From a virus (taxonomy: Duplodnaviria; Caudoviricetes): a stretch of DNA of 64,000 nucleotides. Under the pieces are notes generated by a model. The model ran no database searches and had not been told where the DNA came from. It saw nothing but the letters and a program-made list of their open reading frames with translations. A program made the translations under genes and the position numbers. The stretch spans positions 96,001 to 160,000 of the IMG/VR virus record IMGVR_UViG_3300028591_000072. One strand, 5' to 3'. Shown one piece after another: positions 38,536 to 48,393 of this stretch (the first letter of the stretch is position 1; each line of letters starts with the position of its first letter).

Positions 38536-40000
38536 TTTTCCAAATATATTTAATTAATCCGCAATCCCATATTTTTATAAAACCAAGTTTGTCACAAATT
38601 TCTTTTTCTGTTAATGTGGTATCTATTTTATATTTTTTATATAAAATATTTTTTCTAAATCCAAATTTATGAAATCTTTTTTGCTCTCCACCTTTTATGT
38701 ATTTATAATCTGGCGGTGTGTACTTTTCAAAATTAAAACCAATTTTTGTATAAAAATTTCCAATTAAGTCATTAGACCATCTTCTATCAGCAAATGACTT
38801 TACTTCTTTTGGATTATATTTTTTAATAAAATAAGAAAAAAGTTTTCCTCCTACTCCACAACAAATTTTTGATGTATCCGTCGCATATCTGTTTAATTCC
38901 CATTTGTCACCATTCTTTTTTTCTTTTTTAAAAGTCATTACTCCAATTAATTCTCCTTTGTAAAAACATCCTAAATATACACTTGATTTTACTTCTCCTT
39001 GAATGTGAAATGAGTTTAAGAATTGCTTTGATTCACTATATGTTATATCTTTTACATTGCAATTTCTTGCATAAATTTTATCATTTGTTGTTTTGTTTAA
39101 AATATGAGAAATCTTATTTAACACTATTTCTTTTTTATAAAGATATTCATCTTCAAATATTTGAATTAGTCTTATACCATTATTTTTACACATTTCTGTT
39201 TTTTCCAAATGATAATTTTTATTTTTTATACATTTTTCAGAATGCCAAAAAAGTCCATTATATTCAATTCCTATTTTATATTTTGGAATGTAGATATCTA
39301 TTTCAAATGGCTTAATAGATTCTCTATCATTTTTTATAACATTATCTTTTCCTATTAATGAAACAATGTATTCGTAAATTTCATTTTCTGGCTTTGAAAT
39401 TTTAGAAAAGCAAGAAGGACATCCTCCTTGTGGCGATGTTAAATGGTCACACGCAATTTTTTCAAACTCAGTACCACAATCATTACATTTTATTGTAATT
39501 TTAGAATGGCTATTTTCATATTCTTTTTCAATATATGGAAATGAATATTTTTCGCCAAATCTATTTGTTGATTCTTTTATAAAATGTGAAAAATCATTTT
39601 TTCTATATTCTGAAGCATATTTTTTTCCACACAACGGGCATCCTTGTCCTCTTAAATGATTATTAGCTGCTTGTTCAAAATCGCCATGAATTTTACAAGT
39701 AATAATAACTTTACTTCTTTTATTTACATATTTAGTTTTTGAATAATCGTACCTGTTACCGTGAACACTTATTGCTTTTTCAATAAAAGATTCAGAATCT
39801 CTCTTTTTTAACCCAACACATGAAGGGCATCCATTTCCATTAAGATGTGAGTACGGCTTTTGCCAAAACTCGCCATGCTTAGGACATATTATACAGACTT
39901 TTGTTTGTGAATTAACATAATAAGCCTTAGAATAATCATATTTATTTCCGTGTATTAATTTTGCTTTTTCAATAAAAATTTCAGTATTATATTTTTCCAT
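38528..40000 (-). CDS. Putative homing endonuclease (zinc repeats, Vsr-like domain, GNAT-like C-terminus) splitting the DNA polymerase
   Basis: EIDIYIP..KIGIEYNGLFWHS; FLN.FHIQG...WELNRYA...SFADRRWS...IWDCG; own late motif at 40028-40037. Confidence 0.8.
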   Translation of the reverse strand: MEKYNTEIFIEKAKLIHGNKYDYSKAYYVNSQTKVCIICPKHGEFWQKPYSHLNGNGCPSCVGLKKRDSESFIEKAISVHGNRYDYSKTKYVNKRSKVIITCKIHGDFEQAANNHLRGQGCPLCGKKYASEYRKNDFSHFIKESTNRFGEKYSFPYIEKEYENSHSKITIKCNDCGTEFEKIACDHLTSPQGGCPSCFSKISKPENEIYEYIVSLIGKDNVIKNDRESIKPFEIDIYIPKYKIGIEYNGLFWHSEKCIKNKNYHLEKTEMCKNNGIRLIQIFEDEYLYKKEIVLNKISHILNKTTNDKIYARNCNVKDITYSESKQFLNSFHIQGEVKSSVYLGCFYKGELIGVMTFKKEKKNGDKWELNRYATDTSKICCGVGGKLFSYFIKKYNPKEVKSFADRRWSNDLIGNFYTKIGFNFEKYTPPDYKYIKGGEQKRFHKFGFRKNILYKKYKIDTTLTEKEICDKLGFIKIWDCGLIKYIWKNE

Positions 40001-40036
40001 ATGCTTGTTTATAATCCATTTTTATTAATAAATAGT

Positions 40037-42295
40037 TCATACTTCACAAAAATTAATTTCTTTTACGGAAATCCATTCATTATCTATTAATACATCAATA
40101 TTGTCATTTATTTTTTTCATTAATTCATTTATAGGAACAAATAATATATTTTCAGAATTTTTTTCTCTTATGCATAATTTAGTATCTTCACTAAATTTAG
40201 TATTTTCTCCTTCATATCTTGGAACAACATATTCAGTAATAACCGGTTCAATCTTGTTTTCTGGAATTGGCAATTTAAAGTTGAATCCATCTGTATCTCC
40301 AACAATTGGTTGATATCCAAGTTTTGTAAACCAATAAATCATTAGTCTAAGTGCCATTCTGCCTGTACATGTTATTCTTTCAGCACTATCAATTGAACCC
40401 CATGGAAATAAATTAGTTGCAGAGTATGACCCGAACATTGAGTTACCAAAAATTTTCAATGGTAATTGTTTTTTATCATTTGCTGATTCTTCTTGTGCCG
40501 CATTCAACATTTTTCTGTTAAGTTCATCTTTTAACTGTAAATCAGAGCAAGATTCTATTTCTTTTTTATATTTATCTTTTTCTTTGGCAGCTTTTTTCTT
40601 TAATCCTTTATATTTTTCACGTTGAGTTAAAACATGCTCTAAAAAATGAAGCATAGAATTTAACAAATCCTTTTCATTTGTAATACCCCATGTAAGCATG
40701 ATTGATGGATAAAGCGAATTATAGTCAAATTTTGCTACATTATCAACAAATCCTACTTTTAGGAGGCGGGAAAGACCTCCTGTAAATGTTTTTCTTTCAG
40801 AAAATTGAGGAATTGCCAAGTTATTTTCATAACTCCAAGCAAGCATAATTGATTTCCACTGGCCAGCAGTACCCATTGTACAGCACTTGTCAAATGGAAC
40901 AGGAATCATTTTACAAATAAGGAAGTTTGGGGTGTTGTAACGATGTTCAACCATGTCACATTCCCACAAGTCATCAAGCAAATACTTTTGTCCTATATAT
41001 TTTCCGTCAACAACTTTATATCCATCCAAAAGTTTGTTCTTTGTGTAAAGAACAAAAGTTGGGTTGTCTTTTCCTTTTTTCAATAATAGTTCTTCACTTT
41101 CACAAGTATGATTTTCGTCATATATATACCAATCGCCTGTTTCATCGTTAATTGCGAATTTTCTATTTTTATCGTTGTAAATATCTGAAATTTTGTCACC
41201 TGGTATATAAACACGGTCTTCTTTAATCAAATCTGAATATTTACTAACATATTTCAAGTTTGAGAAAAGCATATTTGAATCCAATGCTTGTGCTCTTCTT
41301 ACAGCATGCAATGAATCAGTTACAATAATATTTGGTACGATTGTTTTATTGAATTTTTCAATTTCTCCACCCAATTTAAGAATTGATTCACGTTCATCTT
41401 TTCTAATTGATTCTCCATTGAAAAATTTCTTTGATAGTTCTTCAAGAGAAGTTCCAAGTCTTTCACAAGCGCCAATAATTAACTGCCAGTCAAATGCTTC
41501 TCCATTATGTGCACTAATTACATCGGGCCTAAAAGTATAAATTATTTTTAAGAATGTTATAATACCATTTAATTCTGAAATATTTTTTTCCTCTTCAGTA
41601 TTACCCTCAACATTAATTAATTTTTCAAATTTAATATATTCCCCTTTATATTTTACAGGGCGATTAAATCTTATACCAAACTGTTCTATTCTATCTTTTT
41701 TTGTATTAAGACCTGTTGACTCTAAGTCGAATATAAGTCTTAGAATATCATTATAATCCTCATACCCCTTAAAGAACCTCTTTCCTGTTGAAATCATGAA
41801 TTGCTCTTTGGGAGTAACAGTTAAATACTGTTTTTCTTCTTTTTGTTGGGTTCCACCTTTGTCATCTTTCTTTTTTCTACTCGAAACAGGATTTCCTGCT
41901 TTTTTGAAAAAATCCAAAAAGTCGGAATAACTCATCGGTACTGTTGCATAGAACAAATATGTGTATCCATTCTTAATTTCTTCAACAACTTCACCGTCCG
42001 AATTAGTTACATCAAGTGCCTTAACCCATATTCTATATTTTTTTAGAAGATATCTTACTTTTTGCTTATCGCCATTGCATAGCCTTTTACAAGCATTTTC
42101 AGTTGCCCACAAAAACGGCATAAATGGCTCTTGAGAAACACATTTGTCATCGTTTTCGTTTCTGTAAAATACTGTTATGAAATTATTTTGGTATTTATAG
42201 TCAAGGTTTACAATTCTTTCTTGTTCGTCTCTACCATTTAAAAATGTACTGATTACTTCAGGAGTAATCTCTTTTTTAATAAAATTTTGTCCCAT
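40037..42295 (-). CDS. Family B DNA polymerase, N-terminal subunit (exonuclease plus motifs A-C)
   Basis: Exonuclease motifs DLESTG, HNGEAFDW and YLLDD; polymerase motifs FDYNSLYPSIM, KIFGNSMFG and VGDTDG. Confidence 0.93.
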   Translation of the reverse strand: MGQNFIKKEITPEVISTFLNGRDEQERIVNLDYKYQNNFITVFYRNENDDKCVSQEPFMPFLWATENACKRLCNGDKQKVRYLLKKYRIWVKALDVTNSDGEVVEEIKNGYTYLFYATVPMSYSDFLDFFKKAGNPVSSRKKKDDKGGTQQKEEKQYLTVTPKEQFMISTGKRFFKGYEDYNDILRLIFDLESTGLNTKKDRIEQFGIRFNRPVKYKGEYIKFEKLINVEGNTEEEKNISELNGIITFLKIIYTFRPDVISAHNGEAFDWQLIIGACERLGTSLEELSKKFFNGESIRKDERESILKLGGEIEKFNKTIVPNIIVTDSLHAVRRAQALDSNMLFSNLKYVSKYSDLIKEDRVYIPGDKISDIYNDKNRKFAINDETGDWYIYDENHTCESEELLLKKGKDNPTFVLYTKNKLLDGYKVVDGKYIGQKYLLDDLWECDMVEHRYNTPNFLICKMIPVPFDKCCTMGTAGQWKSIMLAWSYENNLAIPQFSERKTFTGGLSRLLKVGFVDNVAKFDYNSLYPSIMLTWGITNEKDLLNSMLHFLEHVLTQREKYKGLKKKAAKEKDKYKKEIESCSDLQLKDELNRKMLNAAQEESANDKKQLPLKIFGNSMFGSYSATNLFPWGSIDSAERITCTGRMALRLMIYWFTKLGYQPIVGDTDGFNFKLPIPENKIEPVITEYVVPRYEGENTKFSEDTKLCIREKNSENILFVPINELMKKINDNIDVLIDNEWISVKEINFCEV

Positions 42296-42346
42296 TTAAA
42301 ATAGCCAAATCCCTTGGCATGCTTATTCGCTGTTATTTTTATACTA

Positions 42347-42862
42347 TTATAGTACATTAATAATATAGTCCCTTACTCTTCCAAGGACTTTTCCTAAAAG
42401 ATTTTGCCCTTTCCATTTATTTTCATCGTCTATAATTGGGTTATTCCATTCAATACCGCAACCCCATATAAAATCATATTTAGAACCTTCGACAAATGTT
42501 TTATCCAATAAATCTTCTCTTGTAATCAATCGTGCCAAATATTCATTTTGGCAAAATTTTGCAAGTACAACATTATACATTATGTCTTCGCAAACCTCAG
42601 ACCATTGTTCTGAATTAAAATTTTTTACTTGTCTACCTAATTTCTTTGCTTCTTTTGGAGTTTTTGCCTTTAAAATAAGGTCTGCAATCTCTTTATCCTT
42701 AAAATACAAAGCCTTTTCATACATATACGCTTGTTCAGAAGATTTAAACTCAATGCCTAAATATGTTAACTTGCATTCATGAAAGTTTGAGAATTCAGAA
42801 CCCCAAAACGCAATGTGATTGTCATAAACAATAAATCCGTTTCTATCAAAATTTTGTATCAT
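42347..42862 (-). CDS. NADAR (YbiA-like) family protein
   Basis: FSNFH, SSEQAYMYEKA, KKLGRQV, AKF.QN, VEGS.YD.IWGCG and GQNLLGK. Confidence 0.92.
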   Translation of the reverse strand: MIQNFDRNGFIVYDNHIAFWGSEFSNFHECKLTYLGIEFKSSEQAYMYEKALYFKDKEIADLILKAKTPKEAKKLGRQVKNFNSEQWSEVCEDIMYNVVLAKFCQNEYLARLITREDLLDKTFVEGSKYDFIWGCGIEWNNPIIDDENKWKGQNLLGKVLGRVRDYIINVL

Positions 42863-42948
42863 AATTTAAATTTTCATTTTTATAAAATATACATTTTTTT
42901 TTGTTATTAACAAAATATTTAAACTATTTATCATTAAAATAGATTTTT

Positions 42949-44796
42949 ATGGCATTACAAGTTTGGCTACCATTCACTAAAAATTATGACACAAATCAGG
43001 GGCTTAGCAATGATAAATTTTCATCTACTGCAACAAATGTAAATATCTTATCTGATATGCAATCACCTTTGCATAAAGGTTGCTTGTCTGTTAAAAATGG
43101 AAGTTCTGGAATAAAAATACCTGCTTCATTATTGAACAACTTAGAAGAAGCCAGTGTTGCAATGTGGGTATATCCTTCTGTTGGAGGTTCTTCATATGGT
43201 GAATATTTTTGTGCTACTCATAGTGGCTATTTTAATTTCTCTTGGTATAACAATAAAATATACTTAGGAACTACAAAAACAGGATTTGGGCAATCTGCAC
43301 CACGTGCCAAACAACTTCCTGCTTCAGCACAAGCAACAGCAAGAACATGGCAACATATATGTCTTACATTTAACAGGGGAGAATATAAAGCTTATTCAAA
43401 TGGGAATTTATGCCTTTCAGGAAATACAGGATATTCAGATGATAGTTTAGGAAATTCATATACTTCATTTTATATTGGAGGATTTAGTTCAACATATCAA
43501 TTTTCAGGAATGGTATCCGATTTCAGGTTTTATGACAACGCCATAACAGATTATGATGTAAAAAGGCTATATCAACAAAAAATATACGAATTGGTCCCAT
43601 ATGATGGATTTAATAATGTATTGTTCGATAGAAGTGGTATTATTAATATGCCAATTGAAAAAAATCATACAGCAAAGTTTGTTAACAATGCATTGTATTT
43701 TAACGGAAATTCAAAATTAAGGCCAAAAAACGGTAATATTGGGTTTACAATGGATAATGGAACATTGTCTGTTTGGTTTACTATAGAAACATCTTCCACT
43801 AATTTTCAAATAATTTACATAGACTCAGTTTCAAAATTTGCAATTGGTATCGTTAAATCATCCAATACAATTATAACAACATGTAATGGAACTGGTAATA
43901 AAACAAAATTCACAGGAGCAAGCATTAAATATGATGGCTCAATAAATAACATAATTGTTTCATATAATACAGGTAAAACCCCACAATTCATGTTGATAAA
44001 CGGAGTTAGTGTTGGAACTAATGGAAGTGATGTTTGGACAGAAACAAGTGGCTTGACAATTGGAAATAGGATGTACAATTCTGCACAGTCAGGATTTAAA
44101 GGAAATTTGTTTAAAGTTAGTGTTTACAACAAACAATTTACACGAGATGAAGCAATGGAATTATATAATTTAGAAAAAGAAATGTTCTTACCTGTTGAAT
44201 ATGCATTTTGCAAAAATATATCATCAACAGAAAATGGGATAAATGAATATATTGATACCGGAATTATTCCAAATGAACATATTAAAATAGAAACTGAATT
44301 TAAAATTAGCGCAAATGCACACAGAAATTTTTTTGGATGTTATTCTGAAGAAGGAATTCCGCCAAAAGTATTTTATAAAAATTTTTATTTAAGTTCAGCA
44401 GCTGGAACAAAAATGCCATCTTTTTATTTTTCATATGGAAATATTGAAACTATAAATTTATTAAATAGGCCAATAAACACTGTTACTAGATTTATAATAG
44501 ATTTTAAAAACGGCATTATTATGGATAATGACTCTATCTATAATATAAATACAACAAGTATTGGAAATGTCCTTCCTTCATCAACAATTAAAATATTTAC
44601 AAATAGTGATGATAAGTTAATAAATCAAAATCAAATAGCATTTAAATATTTTAAAATATATGATAATGATGTTTTAATAATGAATCTTATTCCAGCAAAA
44701 AGAAAAGAAGATAATTTGTTTGGAATGTATGATATGATAACAAAGGAATTTTTTTACGGTTCAGGCACGTTTATAGAAGAAGACTCAATTCTTTAA
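42949..44796 (+). CDS. Tandem LamG domain virion protein (paralog of 14003-15805)
   Basis: MALQVWLP start; shares DVKRLYQQK..ELVPY...VLFDRSG.INMP with the first copy; late motif at 42922-42931. Confidence 0.8.
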   Translation: MALQVWLPFTKNYDTNQGLSNDKFSSTATNVNILSDMQSPLHKGCLSVKNGSSGIKIPASLLNNLEEASVAMWVYPSVGGSSYGEYFCATHSGYFNFSWYNNKIYLGTTKTGFGQSAPRAKQLPASAQATARTWQHICLTFNRGEYKAYSNGNLCLSGNTGYSDDSLGNSYTSFYIGGFSSTYQFSGMVSDFRFYDNAITDYDVKRLYQQKIYELVPYDGFNNVLFDRSGIINMPIEKNHTAKFVNNALYFNGNSKLRPKNGNIGFTMDNGTLSVWFTIETSSTNFQIIYIDSVSKFAIGIVKSSNTIITTCNGTGNKTKFTGASIKYDGSINNIIVSYNTGKTPQFMLINGVSVGTNGSDVWTETSGLTIGNRMYNSAQSGFKGNLFKVSVYNKQFTRDEAMELYNLEKEMFLPVEYAFCKNISSTENGINEYIDTGIIPNEHIKIETEFKISANAHRNFFGCYSEEGIPPKVFYKNFYLSSAAGTKMPSFYFSYGNIETINLLNRPINTVTRFIIDFKNGIIMDNDSIYNINTTSIGNVLPSSTIKIFTNSDDKLINQNQIAFKYFKIYDNDVLIMNLIPAKRKEDNLFGMYDMITKEFFYGSGTFIEEDSIL

Positions 44797-44820
44797 TTAT
44801 AAAGAATATTTAAAAAAATA

Positions 44821-45216
44821 TCACTTAAATTTTGCATTAATTATTGACAAAATATTTGATACTGTTTCTAAATTGTCTCCAAAATGTAAGACACAACGGC
44901 TTTTCGGGTATTCGTCCATTAAATCAATGTTGACCCATGACAACGCTAATATTCCATAAGTTGCATATTCCATTGAATAGCAACTTGTTTCTTCTGCTGT
45001 TGTAAAAGGTAAGTCTGTTATTACTTGTTTAACAACGGAATATGTTGTTGAATCAGGCGTAATATCTCCATTACTGCTTGGATTATCAACGTCCCATGAC
45101 GGACCCCACACATATTCAGGCGTTTCGCTGAAGAAAAAGTCATAGACATAGGTTCCGTCTGTATTTTTTCCCAAATATTTTACATAAATCAATTTTAAAT
45201 TATCTTCTTTTTCCAT
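44821..45216 (-). CDS. Hypothetical protein (paralog of 45378-45857)
   Basis: Shared YV.Y.G...DG.Y.Y.F.F...VWG...C.SM...GI...FG pattern. Confidence 0.7.
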   Translation of the reverse strand: MEKEDNLKLIYVKYLGKNTDGTYVYDFFFSETPEYVWGPSWDVDNPSSNGDITPDSTTYSVVKQVITDLPFTTAEETSCYSMEYATYGILALSWVNIDLMDEYPKSRCVLHFGDNLETVSNILSIINAKFK

Positions 45217-45217
45217 T

Positions 45218-45391
45218 TTAAATCAATTTATAAAATTTTGTTATTAATTTGTATCTATAAAGGCTTCTTTTAATCATTCTTTTGCCATGAACATAAGGTC
45301 TTACCTCTTTAAACATAAAATTGTCAAATGATTCCCCCACATAATGTGAATTTCCGTGTTCAACTTTTCCAATTAAATTATATATAGTCAT
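45218..45391 (-). CDS. 57-aa hypothetical protein (not in the ORF track)
   Basis: MTIYNLIGKVEHGNSHYVGES... fills the gap between two co-directional genes almost exactly. Confidence 0.55.
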   Translation of the reverse strand: MTIYNLIGKVEHGNSHYVGESFDNFMFKEVRPYVHGKRMIKRSLYRYKLITKFYKLI

Positions 45392-45857
45392 CGTTTTCTC
45401 CGTTTATTAAATCAATATTATCAATCAAATCATCAATTGCGCTTTCATCGCCTTTTTTAACATCTTCAATGTCATATGGTTCAATGTTAATTGATTGAAG
45501 AACATTTTTTATTGTTTCAAAATTTTCACCAAACTTAAAAAAAAGCGGTGCATCATTATACTCAATGCAATTTTCTGAAATTTCAGAAAAAATCAACGGT
45601 ATTATCCCATCTATACAATCTTGCATTGAAAAGCAATAGTTTTTCTTTGCCAATTGCATTTCTATTTGGAAATTTACCTTACAACTTTTCGATAATGAAT
45701 TTATATCAGGCTGCAAATCGGGAACTATTCCAGCCGGTGTTACATTAAAGTATTCACCCCACACACTATCAGCATCCACAGTAAAATCAAACCTATAAAT
45801 ATATTTTCCATCTATTGTTCTTCCAATATAATCAACAAACGCTAAATATTCTTCCAT
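45378..45857 (-). CDS. Hypothetical protein (paralog of 44821-45216)
   Basis: Same pattern as 44821-45216. Confidence 0.7.
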   Translation of the reverse strand: MEEYLAFVDYIGRTIDGKYIYRFDFTVDADSVWGEYFNVTPAGIVPDLQPDINSLSKSCKVNFQIEMQLAKKNYCFSMQDCIDGIIPLIFSEISENCIEYNDAPLFFKFGENFETIKNVLQSINIEPYDIEDVKKGDESAIDDLIDNIDLINGENDDYI

Positions 45858-45876
45858 GATAATTTACTTTATTATG

Positions 45877-46146
45877 TTATTTAAAATTCATAACACCAAT
45901 TTCCCAATATTTATATTTCACTATATTTGTATCAAAAAATTCACCACCTATTACTGGTATTATCGTTTGTCTTATAATACAGAAAGTTCTATCGCCCCTA
46001 TAATAATATTTTGTTATGTAGTCTGATGATGATAAAACAGCCATTGGTGTATATTCTTTTTCTTTTTTCAATTTAAATACAGTTTTTAAAAAACCTTTTA
46101 TAGAAAAATATGTTTTAACTAATTCTTTTTTAATATTTTTTTTCAT
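45877..46146 (-). CDS. Hypothetical protein
   Basis: 89-aa ORF overlapping the helicase stop. Confidence 0.55.
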   Translation of the reverse strand: MKKNIKKELVKTYFSIKGFLKTVFKLKKEKEYTPMAVLSSSDYITKYYYRGDRTFCIIRQTIIPVIGGEFFDTNIVKYKYWEIGVMNFK

Positions 46147-48178
46147 CTTCTTTTTTAATTACTTGATTTATTGATAATTCTTTTTTCATAACAGTATTCC
46201 AAATTTTTTCATATTGTGTTCCTCTAAAGAATTGGTAATATATATCACAATCTTTTGTTTGTCCTATTCTATGGATTCTATCTTCAAACTGCCTTTCGTC
46301 TGAAGGTACATATGTAATATTATTAAAAACTAAAATATGTGAACAAATTAAAGTTATACCAACAGATGCCGCCTGTACATTTCCAATAAACACTAATTTT
46401 TCAGGATTATTAATAAATGCATTTTTAGCTTCATCTTTTTGTTTTAATGACATTTTCCCGTTATATATGACACATTTATCCCCATAATAATCTCGTAATG
46501 TATAAAGTTCTTCATCGTAACAAGTTGCTATTACAACTTTATCTCCGTTTTTTATAAATTTATCAACTAATTTTATTGTATTTGGAACCATTTGGTTTGA
46601 GCAATATTTTCTATAAACAGCACCCTCAAGCAAATCTTTATTTATTTCCTTTGTTGGGTCTAATTCGAGTTGTGCAGCCTCATATTCTTCCCAAAGACGT
46701 GCATATTCAAACTCTTGCTTCATATCGAAATCATAGAATAGTTCGTGAACTGTCTTATTTGGCAATCCTTCTGCAATATCTTCTTTTGTACGTCTCAAAT
46801 ATATGTGTGATACTTTAAGTTTTAACTCTTCAAGATTCGTTGGGTCTTTTAAAATTGTGATTTTCCTTGCATTTGCATTAATGTATTCCTTTAACTCATC
46901 TTTTTCCTTAGATGTAAGTTCTCCCCAACATGTCGGCGCAACTTTTCCTGCATTTCCATACTCACGTTTTTTCTTTTCAAAGAAAAACTTGGACCATTTT
47001 TCTTTCTCACCCTTAGCAGGTATCTTCATGGCACCACAAAATCTATCCATGTAATAATTCCAATCAAGAGTAATGTCTTCATTGAGAAGTTTTAACAAAC
47101 AATAAAAATTTGACGGATTATTGGTGATAGGTGTACCTGTTGCAAGGTATATACTATTTGGATTACCTCTCTTAATTAGGTCATTTATAATTTTAAATCT
47201 ATCAGAATTTGAATTTGAAAGCCGATGTGCCTCATCTATGATTAACAATGTTTTTCTATTCGTGACATATTGAAGCATAGGGCTATTTTCATATGCTATC
47301 TTGATATTTTCTGCACTTCTTGTCTTTGGTATTTTATAAAATTCATCAAGAATGTCAAAATTTACAATAACAAACCTGTTATCTTTCCATTTTCCAATTT
47401 CTTTTGCCTCTTCGAGTAATTGTTCACGTTTTAGACCTGAGTTTCCTACTTTATACCCAAGTAATTTCTCTAATTCAGGCTTTGTTTTGTCATTAACACC
47501 ATCAATTATACTTATATCTCGTTCATTTGCATACCAAAGCAATTCGTCACGCCAATTTGTTTTCAAAGAAGCGGGACAAATAATCAAAACAGAATCAAAA
47601 TTACCTTCTATTGCAGCAACTGCTAATGAACACGTTTTACCCAAGCCCATTCCGTCTGCCAAAATGCACTTTTTCCTATGTAAAAGGAATTGAACTGCTT
47701 CCTTTTGGTGAGGTTTAAGTATCCTGTTCGGGTCTTTTGACATTGATAAGTTGTCATAACGGTCAAAATCCACTTGAACAGAGTGATAATCTCCAATCAA
47801 GAAGTTTCCAAGTACCGCTTTCTTTGGTAGAAAAATCTCCATCGTTTCCATGTTTTGCCTATATTTAATAGTGCAATGGAAAGCAATTGATGTTTCCCCA
47901 AAATATGTGTAAATTCTTATCTTTTGAGGAACAAATTCTAATTCATAGTCATTTTTTAGTTTTTCACCATACCAATCAGCGACAGAAACGTTCTTGTTTA
48001 TCTGAATTGGCGAAAAATCATGGTTTTTCTTTATATACTCGACTACATAGTCACTAAGTAAATCTGTTTTTCTGCATAAAACGATGTCTCTTTTAAGCCT
48101 CAAAAGATATGGGTTTGGCCCATTATAGTTGTTTAGTATGTCTATTGCTTCATTTTTTCCTTTTATCGTGTTAAACAT
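46130..48178 (-). CDS. SNF2-family helicase/ATPase
   Basis: ILADGMGLGKT, IICPAS, DEAH, LATGTP, LRRTK and QFEDRIHRIGQ. Confidence 0.93.
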   Translation of the reverse strand: MFNTIKGKNEAIDILNNYNGPNPYLLRLKRDIVLCRKTDLLSDYVVEYIKKNHDFSPIQINKNVSVADWYGEKLKNDYELEFVPQKIRIYTYFGETSIAFHCTIKYRQNMETMEIFLPKKAVLGNFLIGDYHSVQVDFDRYDNLSMSKDPNRILKPHQKEAVQFLLHRKKCILADGMGLGKTCSLAVAAIEGNFDSVLIICPASLKTNWRDELLWYANERDISIIDGVNDKTKPELEKLLGYKVGNSGLKREQLLEEAKEIGKWKDNRFVIVNFDILDEFYKIPKTRSAENIKIAYENSPMLQYVTNRKTLLIIDEAHRLSNSNSDRFKIINDLIKRGNPNSIYLATGTPITNNPSNFYCLLKLLNEDITLDWNYYMDRFCGAMKIPAKGEKEKWSKFFFEKKKREYGNAGKVAPTCWGELTSKEKDELKEYINANARKITILKDPTNLEELKLKVSHIYLRRTKEDIAEGLPNKTVHELFYDFDMKQEFEYARLWEEYEAAQLELDPTKEINKDLLEGAVYRKYCSNQMVPNTIKLVDKFIKNGDKVVIATCYDEELYTLRDYYGDKCVIYNGKMSLKQKDEAKNAFINNPEKLVFIGNVQAASVGITLICSHILVFNNITYVPSDERQFEDRIHRIGQTKDCDIYYQFFRGTQYEKIWNTVMKKELSINQVIKKEDEKKY

Positions 48179-48232
48179 TAAATTTTATATAATTTCTAAA
48201 TATTATTTACAAAAACTTTTTTTAAAAAACAA

Positions 48233-48327
48233 ATACTAGTGCTATAAGAACTAGTTTTTTTATAATATATTAATTATATTATTAATTTAATAATTATTTA
48301 ATAAATTATTTCTAGAAGCACTAGTAT
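48233..48327. repeat. 11-bp inverted repeat flanking a pure A/T core; candidate origin
   Basis: ATACTAGTGCT (48233-48243) and AGCACTAGTAT (48317-48327); 48255-48311 contains only A and T. Confidence 0.6.
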
Positions 48328-48393
48328 ACCACACGCACGAGAAACATTTTTTTATTATGATTTTACTATTTATCTTTAAAGAATTAAAAATAA

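Noticed and set aside
38528-40036. Group I intron interrupting the DNA polymerase
   Set aside because: Only 36 non-coding nt on one side and a gene overlap on the other; no space for a ribozyme core.
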